Assembly (NCBI RefSeq): GCF_018977255.1
Contig: NW_024704748.1
Span: 27,032,001-27,096,000, forward strand
Length of the DNA: 64,000 bases
Source of the DNA: Callorhinchus milii
Lineage: Eukaryota
Reading direction: 5' to 3'
Shown here: positions 50,272 through 60,600 of the stretch, one piece after another
How positions within the stretch are numbered: the stretch's first letter is position 1
Layout: each line of letters begins with the position of its first letter
Made by a program: the position numbers and the translations under genes
Notes under the pieces: generated by a model
Seen by the model: the letters and a program-made list of their open reading frames with translations, nothing else
What the model was told of the DNA's origin: nothing
Databases searched by the model: none

Positions 50272-50682
50272 CTCCCACCACACACAGCCCCCCCCCCACA
50301 CACAGCCCCCCACACACACCCCCACACACACAGCCCCCACCCACACACACACACACGCACCCCCCCCACACAGCCCCCCCCACAAGCCCCCCACACCAGC
50401 CCCCCCCACAGCCCCCCCCCACACGCCCCCCCCCACACGCCCCCCACACCCCCCACACATAGCCCCCCACACACACAGCCCCCCCCACACATAGCCCCCC
50501 CCACACAGCCCCCCCACACACACCACACAGCCCCCCCCACAACAGCCCCCACACAACAGCCCCCCCCACACGCCCCCCCCCACACAGCCCCCCACACACA
50601 CAGCCCCCCCCCACACACAAGCCCCCCCCACACCCCCCCCCACACAGCCCCCCCCCCCACAGACCTTCCCCCCCCCACACAC
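50272..50682. repeat. C/A-rich low-complexity minisatellite (CACACAGCCCCCC)
   Basis: Seen directly. Confidence 0.9.
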
Positions 50683-50739
50683 AGGCAGCAGTTGGAGGGG
50701 AAAAGCCCTGAACATATGTGTATAATGTTTACCCCCATG

Positions 50740-51025
50740 ACCCCCATGAGTACGCGGTCCTGTTGCACTGACCTGGCCCCAGTGCATTCCCGCCCCCGCT
50801 CCCAGCAGCAGTGCAGGCGGCTGAGCGGCTGCATTGGTGCCGACGCTCACAGCTGCTTCCCCGCCGCCAGCAGCCCAGACAGGCTCCGCGCCTGCGCAGA
50901 AGGCCGCGCCGCGCCCCGCGCGGGGAACTCTGGGACCTGTAGGCTTCTGTGACGTAACAGACGGGACACCCACCCCCTCCTAGGTCGCCGGGGGGACTAC
51001 AACTCCCAGCATCCCCTGCGCAGCA
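50740..51025. promoter_or_regulatory. CpG-rich promoter-like element, possibly the ZDHHC16 promoter and non-coding first exon
   Basis: ZNF143/SBS-type GACTACAACTCCCAGCATCCC 50995-51015, NRF1-like GCGCCTGCGCA 50888, CRE-like TGACGTAA 50950, and a minus-strand donor CCAG|GTCAGT at 50772. Confidence 0.6.
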
Positions 51026-51170
51026 CTCGCTCGATCAATTGTGCCTGGAACAACGGGAGGAGCCTGGCAAGTGGACTTAATCGATGCCAGATGTGATGGA
51101 CCACTCAGATCAGAAAGGTGGGGGGGAGGGGAGTGAATCTAACCCAAGGGTGGGGGGGGTGGGGGGGGGT

Positions 51171-51498
51171 AATAATAATAATAATAATAATCCTTGCATT
51201 TGATATAGCGCTTTTCACGTCGGGAGGACGTCCCAAAGCGCTTCACAGAACACACTGTAAAGTGAATTGACTGTATATTTGTGGGCGAACGCAGCAGCCA
51301 ATTGCGCACAGCAATGTCCCACAAACAGTCGTAGATTGAAAATGACCAATTTATTATTGTTTTTGGTTTTGGAGGATTATTATTAGGCTCTGTGTGGAGT
51401 AAGGAAACTTGCCCAAGGTTTCGCCCTCTGCCGGGAATTGACCTCAGGTCTCTCACTTGCAAAGCGAGTGCTCTAACCACTGAGCTACAGGACTCCAC
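51171..51498 (-). mobile_element. Young SINE subfamily copy
   Basis: Reverse complement of the 27763 copy; the spurious ORF translations are nearly identical. Confidence 0.85.
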
Positions 51499-51844
51499 AT
51501 ATAGAATGCCCCCACCCCCAGGAGTGAGTTACAGCCAGGGGTCCGGCACATGCAAACACCTGTTACTGGGCTTAAGAGTATCCAAACCAGTTTCCCACAC
51601 ACAGATGGAGATTTCATCCGAAGGACGGCACCTCCGTCAATGCAGCGCTACCCCCAAGTGCTGCGCTGGAGCGTCAGCCCGGACCGCGAGCTCAATGTCC
51701 CCGGCACGGGGCTTGGACCTGCGAGCTTCCGAACGCAAGGCGCGAACGCGAGCGACTGAGCCAAGCTGCCAGCCGAGTGGGAAAACAGCATGAAAATAAT
51801 CAGGCGACACCTGCTCAGTCAAAGGTTAAAAAAAAACACTTCAC

Positions 51845-51850
51845 TTTATT
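51845..51850 (-). terminator. AATAAA polyadenylation signal of EXOSC1
   Basis: TTTATT on the + strand, ~210 nt after the stop, followed on the - strand by a GT/T-rich tract. Confidence 0.7.
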
Positions 51851-52062
51851 TTCTAAAAAGAACAATTGCTGGGATTTGGAGGGCTGTGAAATAGGAGGAG
51901 GGTGTGAAATAGAGATTTGTTGATGCATCAGGACAGCACAGGTATGTGTGGTGGGAAGAGGGGGCTTGGGCTGGCTTGTCACTCAAGACAGTTCAGCTGG
52001 ACACGAACAGGCAGGGTTTCTTGCCCCCCCCTCACACGGAGCTGTCAGCGGCCGCTGCCGTC

Positions 52063-55000
52063 TCACGTCTGCAGGAACTCGGGCTGGACTCGAGCGACTT
52101 TGCGGAACTCCTTGCCGTGTGTCCGTGGGCACTGCATCTCACACCAGCTGATCGGCACCATCTGAGCACCTGCCAGAGAGACAGCAACACACCTACAGGT
52201 AACCCTTCTCACAACGCCTGACACTGTGGGTTTCCATCCCTCTATGGTTATAGGTCGACCCATAGGGCTTCAAAGTACGTACAGTGAGCACCGGTAATGG
52301 TAGTGTCTCGGCCTTTCCAAGAGTCGGGGATTTCAGGAAAAATCTTGTTTTATTGGTGTAGTGACGGTTTTGTAGGCAAACGCAGCAGCCAGTTGCGCAC
52401 AGTAGTGTCTCACAAATAGCCATGGAGTGAGTGACCAATTTTATTTGGGGGATTGTTGGCCAGGACACGGGGAGAGAGAGAAACTCCCTTCTCTTTTCGA
52501 ATAGCGCGGTGGGATCTTTTAACAGGCAGACAGGAATGGCCTCCTCTGGGGTCTATGTTCTCCTGCGCAAACCCTCTTCCCTTCCCCCGTCACGTGTTGA
52601 TACCGCTCGCTTGGGCTCCTTACCCGCCTCACTGTGGGCCACCACCACCCCCAGCTCATTTTCCGCCGTCGTCAGCAGGTAGTTAGACTGAGCGTCGCCC
52701 AGTGAGATCTTGAGACAGAGACGCTAAGGAAAGTGCATCAGTCACTGGAGCGCAATATAATCCCTCCTCGCTCAGGAAGAAGTCCGGCATTCACACCCAC
52801 CCCACGAGGCGTCTCACTCTGCAACAGTCACTACTGTCTGTTGTGACTATTGTTAATGCAAACACACACCGCCAAGAGGCAAATGACAGGCGAATTGGCA
52901 AATTTCCAACAATAATAATCCTTGGGTTTGATATAGCTCCTTATCACGTCTTCAAGACGTCTCAAAGCGCTTCAAAAAATATATTTTAAAGTGAATTGAC
53001 TGCATATTTTGTGAAAGAAACGCAGCAGCTAATTGCGCACAGCAGTGTCTCACAAACAGTCGTGGATTGATTGACCCATTTTTTTGAAGGGATTATTATC
53101 CCAGGAAAGCAATCTGTCAATCGACAAACAACGGGTTCCGACTTACTGCTAGGCAAACAGAGGTGTGTGGAGTAAGAATATTTGCCTAAGGTTTTGCTCT
53201 GCCCGGGAATCAAACCTGGGACCTTTCGCTTGCGAGGCGAGTGCTCTAACCACTGAGCTACAGGACTCTGCGCTTAATGGATAATTAGTGGCACGGGGGA
53301 GGGCAGCAAGCTAGAGCTAGTTTGATTTCAACACTACAATGCTGGCCAGTTAGCAAAGGCACAGCCTCCACAGAAAAGGATACCACTTTGGCCAGCACGA
53401 TGTCCCCAGGTCGGAAACACTTGTAGATTTCAAGCTGTGGGCGGGAGGGGACAGGTAATTAGTGAAGCCAGCAACGCATTCTGTGTTCAGGGCAGAATGA
53501 GCAAGTGAGAGAAAGAAAGGAAGATAAAAACACACCTTGTCTTTCTCCGTGGCTCGAATGTCTTCTCTCCTGTGAAAAACACAAAGTTATTTCCTGATCA
53601 CAACCATGAACCACGAGATGTTAACCTGAGCTCCTGTGTTTGTCTGTTCAGGATTCACTCCTCTCTCTGTGTGAAGTTGTTCAATCTGAATGTCTGTCCT
53701 CCTGACCTTCTGTTCCCCCGCCTTTGTTTATCTGCACCATTTACTGTCTTGAATTCTTCACCATAATAATAATGATTCTTGCATTTGATATAGCGCCTGA
53801 TCATGTCTTCGAGACATCTCAAACGCTTCACAGAAAATACATCTAAAGTGAATTGACTGTATATTTGTGGACAAAATGTGGCAGCCAATTGCACACAGTA
53901 GTGACCCCAAAAAGTCGTGCATTGAGTGACCGTATTATTATTTTTTTGAAGGATTACTCCCAGAAAAGCAATCTGTCAATCAACTAACAACCAGGTTCCT
54001 ACTTATTGCTCGGTAAACAGGCGTATGGAGTAAGGAAACTTGCCTAAAGTTTCATCCTGTCCGGGAATCGAACCCAGATCCTCTCACTTGCGAGGCGAGT
54101 GCTCTACCACTGAGCTACAGAACATCAACAACAAGTTGCATTTATTTAGTGCCCTTCGCAGGGGCAGTGTCTCGGAGAGCTGAAGTAAGAAGGAACTACA
54201 AGAAGTAATACAACAACAACAAATTACATTTACACAGTGCCTTTCGCATCGGGATGACGCAAGGCACTGGACAATCAGGGATTTGGACCTGAGCAGTGGG
54301 TTGGGATCAGAGAGGGTGGAGGGCAGGAAGCGTAGGGGTAGGAGGGTGGCCGAAGGCGCGGTAGGAAGAGCAGGGTCTTGAGACAATGCTTTTCTGTTAC
54401 CTTATGGTTCCTCTGAAAGCCCCCTTCAGCGGAGTGGACCCCACGTACAGAATGGAAACCTTCGCAAACCGGGGGTTGATGCTGGTCACCTGGTTTCAAA
54501 ACCCCAAAAAATACAAGGATAATATTCTTAAAACTTTTGTTTGGCCACAGTGACTGGGGTTCGGGCACACAGCCACCCGGATGATTTACACAGTGATAAA
54601 TCCAATCCAAAAGCCAGCAGTGAGGTGTTAGTTATGAGCCAGCCTGCCCTGCTTTTAGCTGGAGATACGCACACAGAGTAAAGAGAGCATCACGGTTTAA
54701 CGTCACATTTAAAGGATGGCACCTCTGACAACGCAGCGTCCCCCATTACTGTGCTGGAGCGTCAGCCTGGACTGTGAGCTCAAGGTTCAGGTGGAGTTCG
54801 AACCCACTGACCCGGATGCAAACGTGCGACTGGCTGAGCTGGAGGAGGGCGATTCCCTGGAACACTCTTGCAAAACTGTCCCCGTGCAGACCCTGGAGCG
54901 CGTGTTCTTACCTTACACGTGACCACCACTCCAACCTCCGGGAGGAGCTGAGCCTCTGTGTCCCGCACAACTGAGATCGCCGGTACCTGCCGGAACCAAC

Positions 55001-56851
55001 AGCACCACATCAGCCTTTTAGACTACCAATCCCTTCACTCTCTGGCAACTTCCTACCTCTCCAACCTCCTCACTCCCCAATCCACCACTTGGCGCCTCCG
55101 CTCGACTGGCACCAGCCTCCTGCTCGTCCCTTGCACCCTCCGCCCCACCATCCGAGGTCGCGCTTTCAGCCACTGCACCCCAAAACTCTGGTACACTCTC
55201 CCTCAATCCCTCCTCCTTGCCCCCTCCCTCTCTCAAGTCCCATCTGAAAACCTTCCTCTTCGACCGTGGTTACGACCACCTCCCCCACCATCTCCCTGGC
55301 TCGGAATCAGGCTCTGCCACTGTTAAGAGCTCTGAGACACTAACAACAACAACAACAACAACAAGATTCCATTTATAGAGCGCCTTTCACGTCAGGAGGA
55401 CGTCCCAAGGCGCTGCACAGTTGGGTCATGACCCGAGCAGGGGGGAAATGGTCAGGGTGAGGGGAGGGAAGGGAGGGAGAGAGGAGGGGGGAAATGGTCA
55501 GGGTGAGGGGAGGGAAGGGAGGGAGCGAGGAGGAGGAAGAGAGTCGAGAGGGGAGCTGAAGGCTCGGTCAAAGAGAAAGGTTTTGAGACCGGCCTTGAAG
55601 GAGGAAAGGGAGGAAGCGGCGAAGGCACTGGGGGATGGAGTTCCAGAGCCTGGGGGCTGAGAGGCTGAAGGCCCGACCACCGATAGTAGGGCGGTTGGGG
55701 CGGGGGACGTGGAGCAGACCGGAGCCAGAGGAACCTACGTGGAGGGCGCTATATAAGTGCACGTTGTTGTTGTATTAGTGTGTCCCCTCCCCCACATCTT
55801 TGAGATGTCTCAATATATATATTGAGAATATATTCTAAAGTGGATTGACTGTGTATTTTGTGTGCATTGAGACATCTCAAAGCATTTTACAGAATATACT
55901 GTGGTGTGGTGACTGTGTATTTTTGCAGGAGAAACAGAGCAGCCAGATGTGTGAAGCAGTGTCTCATAAACAGCCGTGGCGTGAGTGACACTGGGAGAGA
56001 GAAACTGCTGTCTCTTTTCAAATAGCGCTGCGGGATCTTTAATGTCCACCTGAATAGACCTTGGTTTAATATCTCATCTGAAGGACGGAACCACAGCAGT
56101 GGGTGAGTACAGCTCCTCTCTGTGCTTACCGGGCCATTGTCGTTCTTCTTCACTACATAGCCGGCCAGAGAGGCGAAGATGTAGCCGTGCCTGGAGTAGG
56201 TGCCGCTGGTCGGAGTGCCGTCCTCTATACTACACAACCTCTCCCCTGTGGCGGCACAAGTGACTCACATCAGTGCTCGGACCCCCCCCCCCAGCCCGTG
56301 CTGTGCGCCCGGACGTCACCCACCCGGCCTGGCCCGCCCCACCATTGGGCGGTCAGGCCTTCAGCCTCTCTGCCCCCACCTTTGGAACTCCAGCCCAGTC
56401 GCTTGGCCTCGCTCCCCCCTTGACCTCCTTCAAGACATGTCTCATAGACCCTGCCCTTCGACTGCGCCTCAGGTCACCCTCCCCCACCTCTGCGCCCTCC
56501 ACCCCCTCCCCCCCCCTCCCCGCCCTCCACCCCCTTCCGATCCCAAAGCCAAAGCCAACTGTCCAGCGCCTCGGGACGTCCCTCCGGACATGGAAGGCGC
56601 TGTGTAAATGTCACGTGTTGTTGGGCTATTCCTCAGGAACCGGTGCCCTGAGAGCCGGTGTGAGAGGCACTGACTGACCACAGCTGAGCCCCAAATGGAG
56701 CCGTATTCGGGCTGTGCCGGACTCCAGTCACAGGCCACTCGCTCTCGGGGCTGTGGGCCCCGGAACGCCATCTCAGTGGGAGACGGGGCTGCACTGGAGG
56801 CCTCTGTGTACCGGGGGCCGTACCGGGAATGCAGAGCTTGAGCGGCGCCAT
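52063..56851 (-). CDS. EXOSC1: Exosome complex component CSL4, 8 coding exons, 194 aa
   Basis: Exons 56851-56824, 56245-56130, 54986-54912, 54489-54401, 53569-53536, 53434-53384, 52708-52624, 52169-52063 total 585 nt and stay in frame. Reads [15 protein letters not shown]...[33 protein letters not shown]...[32 protein letters not shown]. Confidence 0.97.
52709..53383 (-). other. U12-type GT-AG intron in EXOSC1 (intron 6)
   Basis: Donor GTATCCTTTT at 53383. Branch-like TTTCCTTAGC (52732-52723) lies ~13 nt from the acceptor AAG. Confidence 0.88.
52910..53270 (-). mobile_element. Full-length SINE inside the EXOSC1 U12 intron
   Basis: Head, core and tail present. Confidence 0.8.
53765..54120 (-). 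mobile_element. Full-length SINE
   Basis: Head, core and tail present. Confidence 0.8.
55010..55740. mobile_element. Two L2 3' fragments tail-to-tail (55010-55340 +, 55343-55740 -)
   Basis: [14 protein letters not shown] on the + strand; [18 protein letters not shown] and the (GTT)n tail on the - strand. Confidence 0.75.
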
Positions 56852-57361
56852 GTTTCTCTGTGCGGGGAGTTTGATCCCTGACCCCGGGTAGCCCCGCCCC
56901 CCCAGATAGCCCCGCCCCCAGATAGCCCCGCCCCGTGCCTGCCCCGCCCCCCTAGATAGCCCCGCCCCGTACCTGGTCCGCCCCTTCCACACCAACCATC
57001 ACCAGGGTTGGCATGTGCGCGCGAGGAGGGGGGGGGGGAGGGGGCAGAGAGGCGCGGCAGCGATGCGCACGTCCAACGTCAATCAGTGAGCAGTCAGACG
57101 GCGCCGCGTACGTCGTCAGTCTGTCAACCGGGCGGTGGCGAGCACGTCCGACGTGAGAGCGCCTGTACAGACGGCGCCGCGCACGTCGGAGGGACGGCCG
57201 AGCGCCGTCAAGGAGCAAGTTATCACGTCGGCCGGTGTACCCCCCCCCCCCCCGCGGTAATATCTGTGTGTGAGTGAGTGAGTGGGGGAGGCGGTACCCT
57301 CTCTCTCTCTCCCCCTTCCCCACCCCCCCCCCTCCTCCCCTCCCAATTTCCCCCCCAGAAG
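56852..57361. promoter_or_regulatory. Bidirectional CpG-island promoter between EXOSC1 and LCOR (510 bp between the ATGs)
   Basis: Tandem GC boxes (GCCCCGCCCC repeated at 56891-56968), many ACGT cores, and YY1-like AAGATGGCG over the LCOR ATG. Confidence 0.75.
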
Positions 57362-57627
57362 ATGGCGAGGCGGTGTGACAGCCAGCAATGCTCGCTCGAC
57401 GGGCGCGGCTTTGGGCAGGAGCTGGGCTCGTGGAGGCTTCAACCCGTTCACTGTGTAGGTAAGGTTTATGTTTAAATAAAAATACCCGCCTCAGCGGGAC
57501 CCCGGGACTCACGGCACATACTGACTGACTGACTGACAACTCCCTCCCTCCCACTGACTGCGGTTTGCCAGGAATTATAATAGGTGTTGTAGCCCAAAAG
57601 TAGCCCAATATTATTATTATGATGGTG

Positions 57628-57662
<35 letters not shown>

Positions 57663-60600
57663 GCCGCAGCAGCAGCCAGAGTGAGCGCGACTCTGAGACC
57701 CATAACAAACACTGACTGACTGACTGACTGACGGCGGTTTGCCAGGAATCATATTATAATAGATTTGTAGCCCAATATTATTATGATTATCATCGATACC
57801 GTCGGCCCGACCCTCAGACCCACAACAAACAAGACTGGTGGACTGACTGACAACACCCTCACCCCCCCCCCCCCCCACACACACACACACTGACAGACTG
57901 ACTGCGGTTTGCCAGGAATTATATGTAATAGGGTCTGTAGCCCCAGGATTATTATTTCTTCTGCGTTGGCCTCCTATATGGGTATCATATATGAGTGAGT
58001 GAGTGAGTGAGTGAGTGGCCCATTTAAGGGGATCAAAGACTTTACGAAACTGTGGTGATACATAAATATGTATGATATATAATATATATATATAATATAT
58101 ATATATATATATAATATATGCGCCTCACAATACAAAATCACATTTGATACAGCGCCTCATCACCGTCTTCGAGACGTCTCGAAGCGCTTCACAGGATTAC
58201 ACGGTCGAGTGATTAGAATCGATGAGTTAACGTGATGAGAAAAAAAAAGGTTATGCCGCAGAGAGAGAGAGAGAGAGAGAGAGGAGGGGAAGCGGATAAC
58301 GCTGTTGTAGGTTTTTTTTTCTTTTTTTTTAACATGAAATGAATGTCAAATATTTTTTTTAAAAATGTTAGAAACCCAAAAAAAACAACAGGAAAAACAA
58401 CCGGAAAAAAAAAGAGCCCACACCCCCCCCCCTCCCCCCTCCCCTCAGGGGTGTACTTAAAAATCTCAGACGCCGTTAATTCCGTTTCTCTTTTTAAAAA
58501 GTTTGATTAAAAAAAAACCGTTATTGGCGCTCGCGCGCTCCCTCCGGAGGGAGGCGGTGAGGGAGGGAGTCCGGCGGAAGAGCCGGGCTCCGGCCAATCA
58601 CCGGCCTGGGATCCGGGTGGGTGGGCGGGAAGGGAGGGGAGCCAATGGCCAGAGCGGATCGCGTGCGGAGATAAGGGCGGGAGGTTTGCTGGAAGAGCCC
58701 TCTTGGGCCAATCACGAGTCTCGCTCGGGCGACGCCGGGGGAGGGGAGAGAGCGTCGGGGCACGTGTGCGTGGCGCGGAGGCTGCTGGGAGTTGTAGTCT
58801 CTTCCCCCCCCTCGTCGCCAGCACTTCCTGTCTCTCCTCTCTCCCCCCCCCCCACACACACACACAGGCATTTAGCTCTGTAGAGTGAGTGCTGTCGTTG
58901 TGTTTTGAATTGAAACACCAGTCTTTTTTTTAATATATATGTATTCATTTATTTTTGCCAATAAAAAAAAATAGCTTACTGCAGTGGTTCCAGGAGGGAA
59001 GCCGGCGTGGGTGGAGCAAGGAGTGATGTGATGGTATTGTACCACACTGTGATCGATGGCTTTTGATTTAAATAAGAAAAGCATCTGGAAGTGCTTTCTG
59101 TGATAGCTGTCAAATAATTTATGGACGGGGGTGGGGGGGGGGGGAGGAGGGGGCAAAGCCTTCCCCATTTGTCTTGTGGTGGTAGGTTTACAAAATGATA
59201 GTCTGGGCATAATCTAATAATTTGATATATTAATTATAAACAATAATTTAATACAGATCCTTATCGTGTTGATAAGACATCTCACAGCGCTTCACGGGAT
59301 ATACTGTAAAGCAAACTCCACATTATCTTAGTCTAGGAGATTACGGTTTAGTTTCTCCCTACCCCCCCCCCCCCCCCCGCCCCCTGCCCTGCCGTCCACC
59401 TTCACCGAACCCGACTCACAGCTCGGGTCCGAAACTCTATCTGTCCAGCGCCTTGGGATGTCCTCCTCTGACGTGAAAGGCGCTATACAAATGTAATTTT
59501 GTTGTTGTTGCAGTTCATTTTGTATGGAGAAATCCTGCATTGGCCAAATTCTTTTCAAACTGCACGTTATGTCCCACGCGAGGAGGAGAAAATGATTGAA
59601 TAGAGACTTTACTGAGGCTCTGACACAAGCAGCTAGCTACATTTCCTAATACAGTATTGTGTATTGAGAAAGGGCAATTATTTCTCAGGGGGAAGGTATT
59701 CGATCAAGTCAGATTGCAATTTATTGTGCAATATTGCTATTTATATAGTATTTATATCTTTTGTGTAAAAGTTATGACCATATTGTGTGCTGAAATTGTT
59801 TTTCTTCTAAAAGCAAACAATTTTCAGTAGATAAAACTGGTTTTGTTTTAATGTAGTTTTATTTGTGGGTGCATGTCAGAAAATCATAATTATGTAAATA
59901 ATAATCCTTGCAATTCTTATGGCATTTTATCATGTCATTGAGACGTCTCAAAGCGCTTCACAGAATATATTGTAAAGTGAAGTGACTATTTTGTAGCATT
60001 TCGCACACAAAATATACAGTCAATTCACTTTACAGTATATTCTGTGAAGCACTTTGAGACATTTCAAATACGTGATAAGGCACTATATCAAATTATTATC
60101 TAGCTGCACATTTCTAGGAATGCTCTCAGTGCTGTTTCTCGCTGATTTGCTCCAGATTAGCAGTGTCAGGAGGGACCTGTAAACCAGCAAGTCTTCCTAT
60201 CTTCCCCTCCCACCCCCCAACCAACCACACTAACACTGGTGAATTGGATGTGAGGAGCAGCATATTTTCGATGCAAATATCTCTTGTGTATTGTGTAGAA
60301 AATCAATATTTGTCTGCTTTTCTACGTTACTTTTTAATTGCGTCCCATATTTTAAAGAATTAGTACACATGTGGAAAACCTTTAAGTGTTACATCATCAA
60401 GTTGCTAATTAAAGTGGTGACGCAGGCTGTTTGCCACCTGCCTGTTCTCATCTTGTTTTTGTTAGAAGGATGTGATTTCCAGTCATTTCCATCCAATTAA
60501 TTCATTAGTTACAGCAATAACAAACAAGTAATGTGAACTTCTACACAGGAGTTTAGTGTGGTTTTATTTCCAGTGTGCGCACAGCACATTAGTTAATAAT

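Noticed and set aside
47591-52060. PGAM1 or another coding gene 3' of EXOSC1
   Set aside because: No recognisable coding exons; only repeats and a promoter-like block.
56952-57890. 312-aa minus-strand ORF
   Set aside because: GC-rich promoter plus (ATT)n microsatellite (poly-Ile), antisense to LCOR exon 1, with no recognisable domain.
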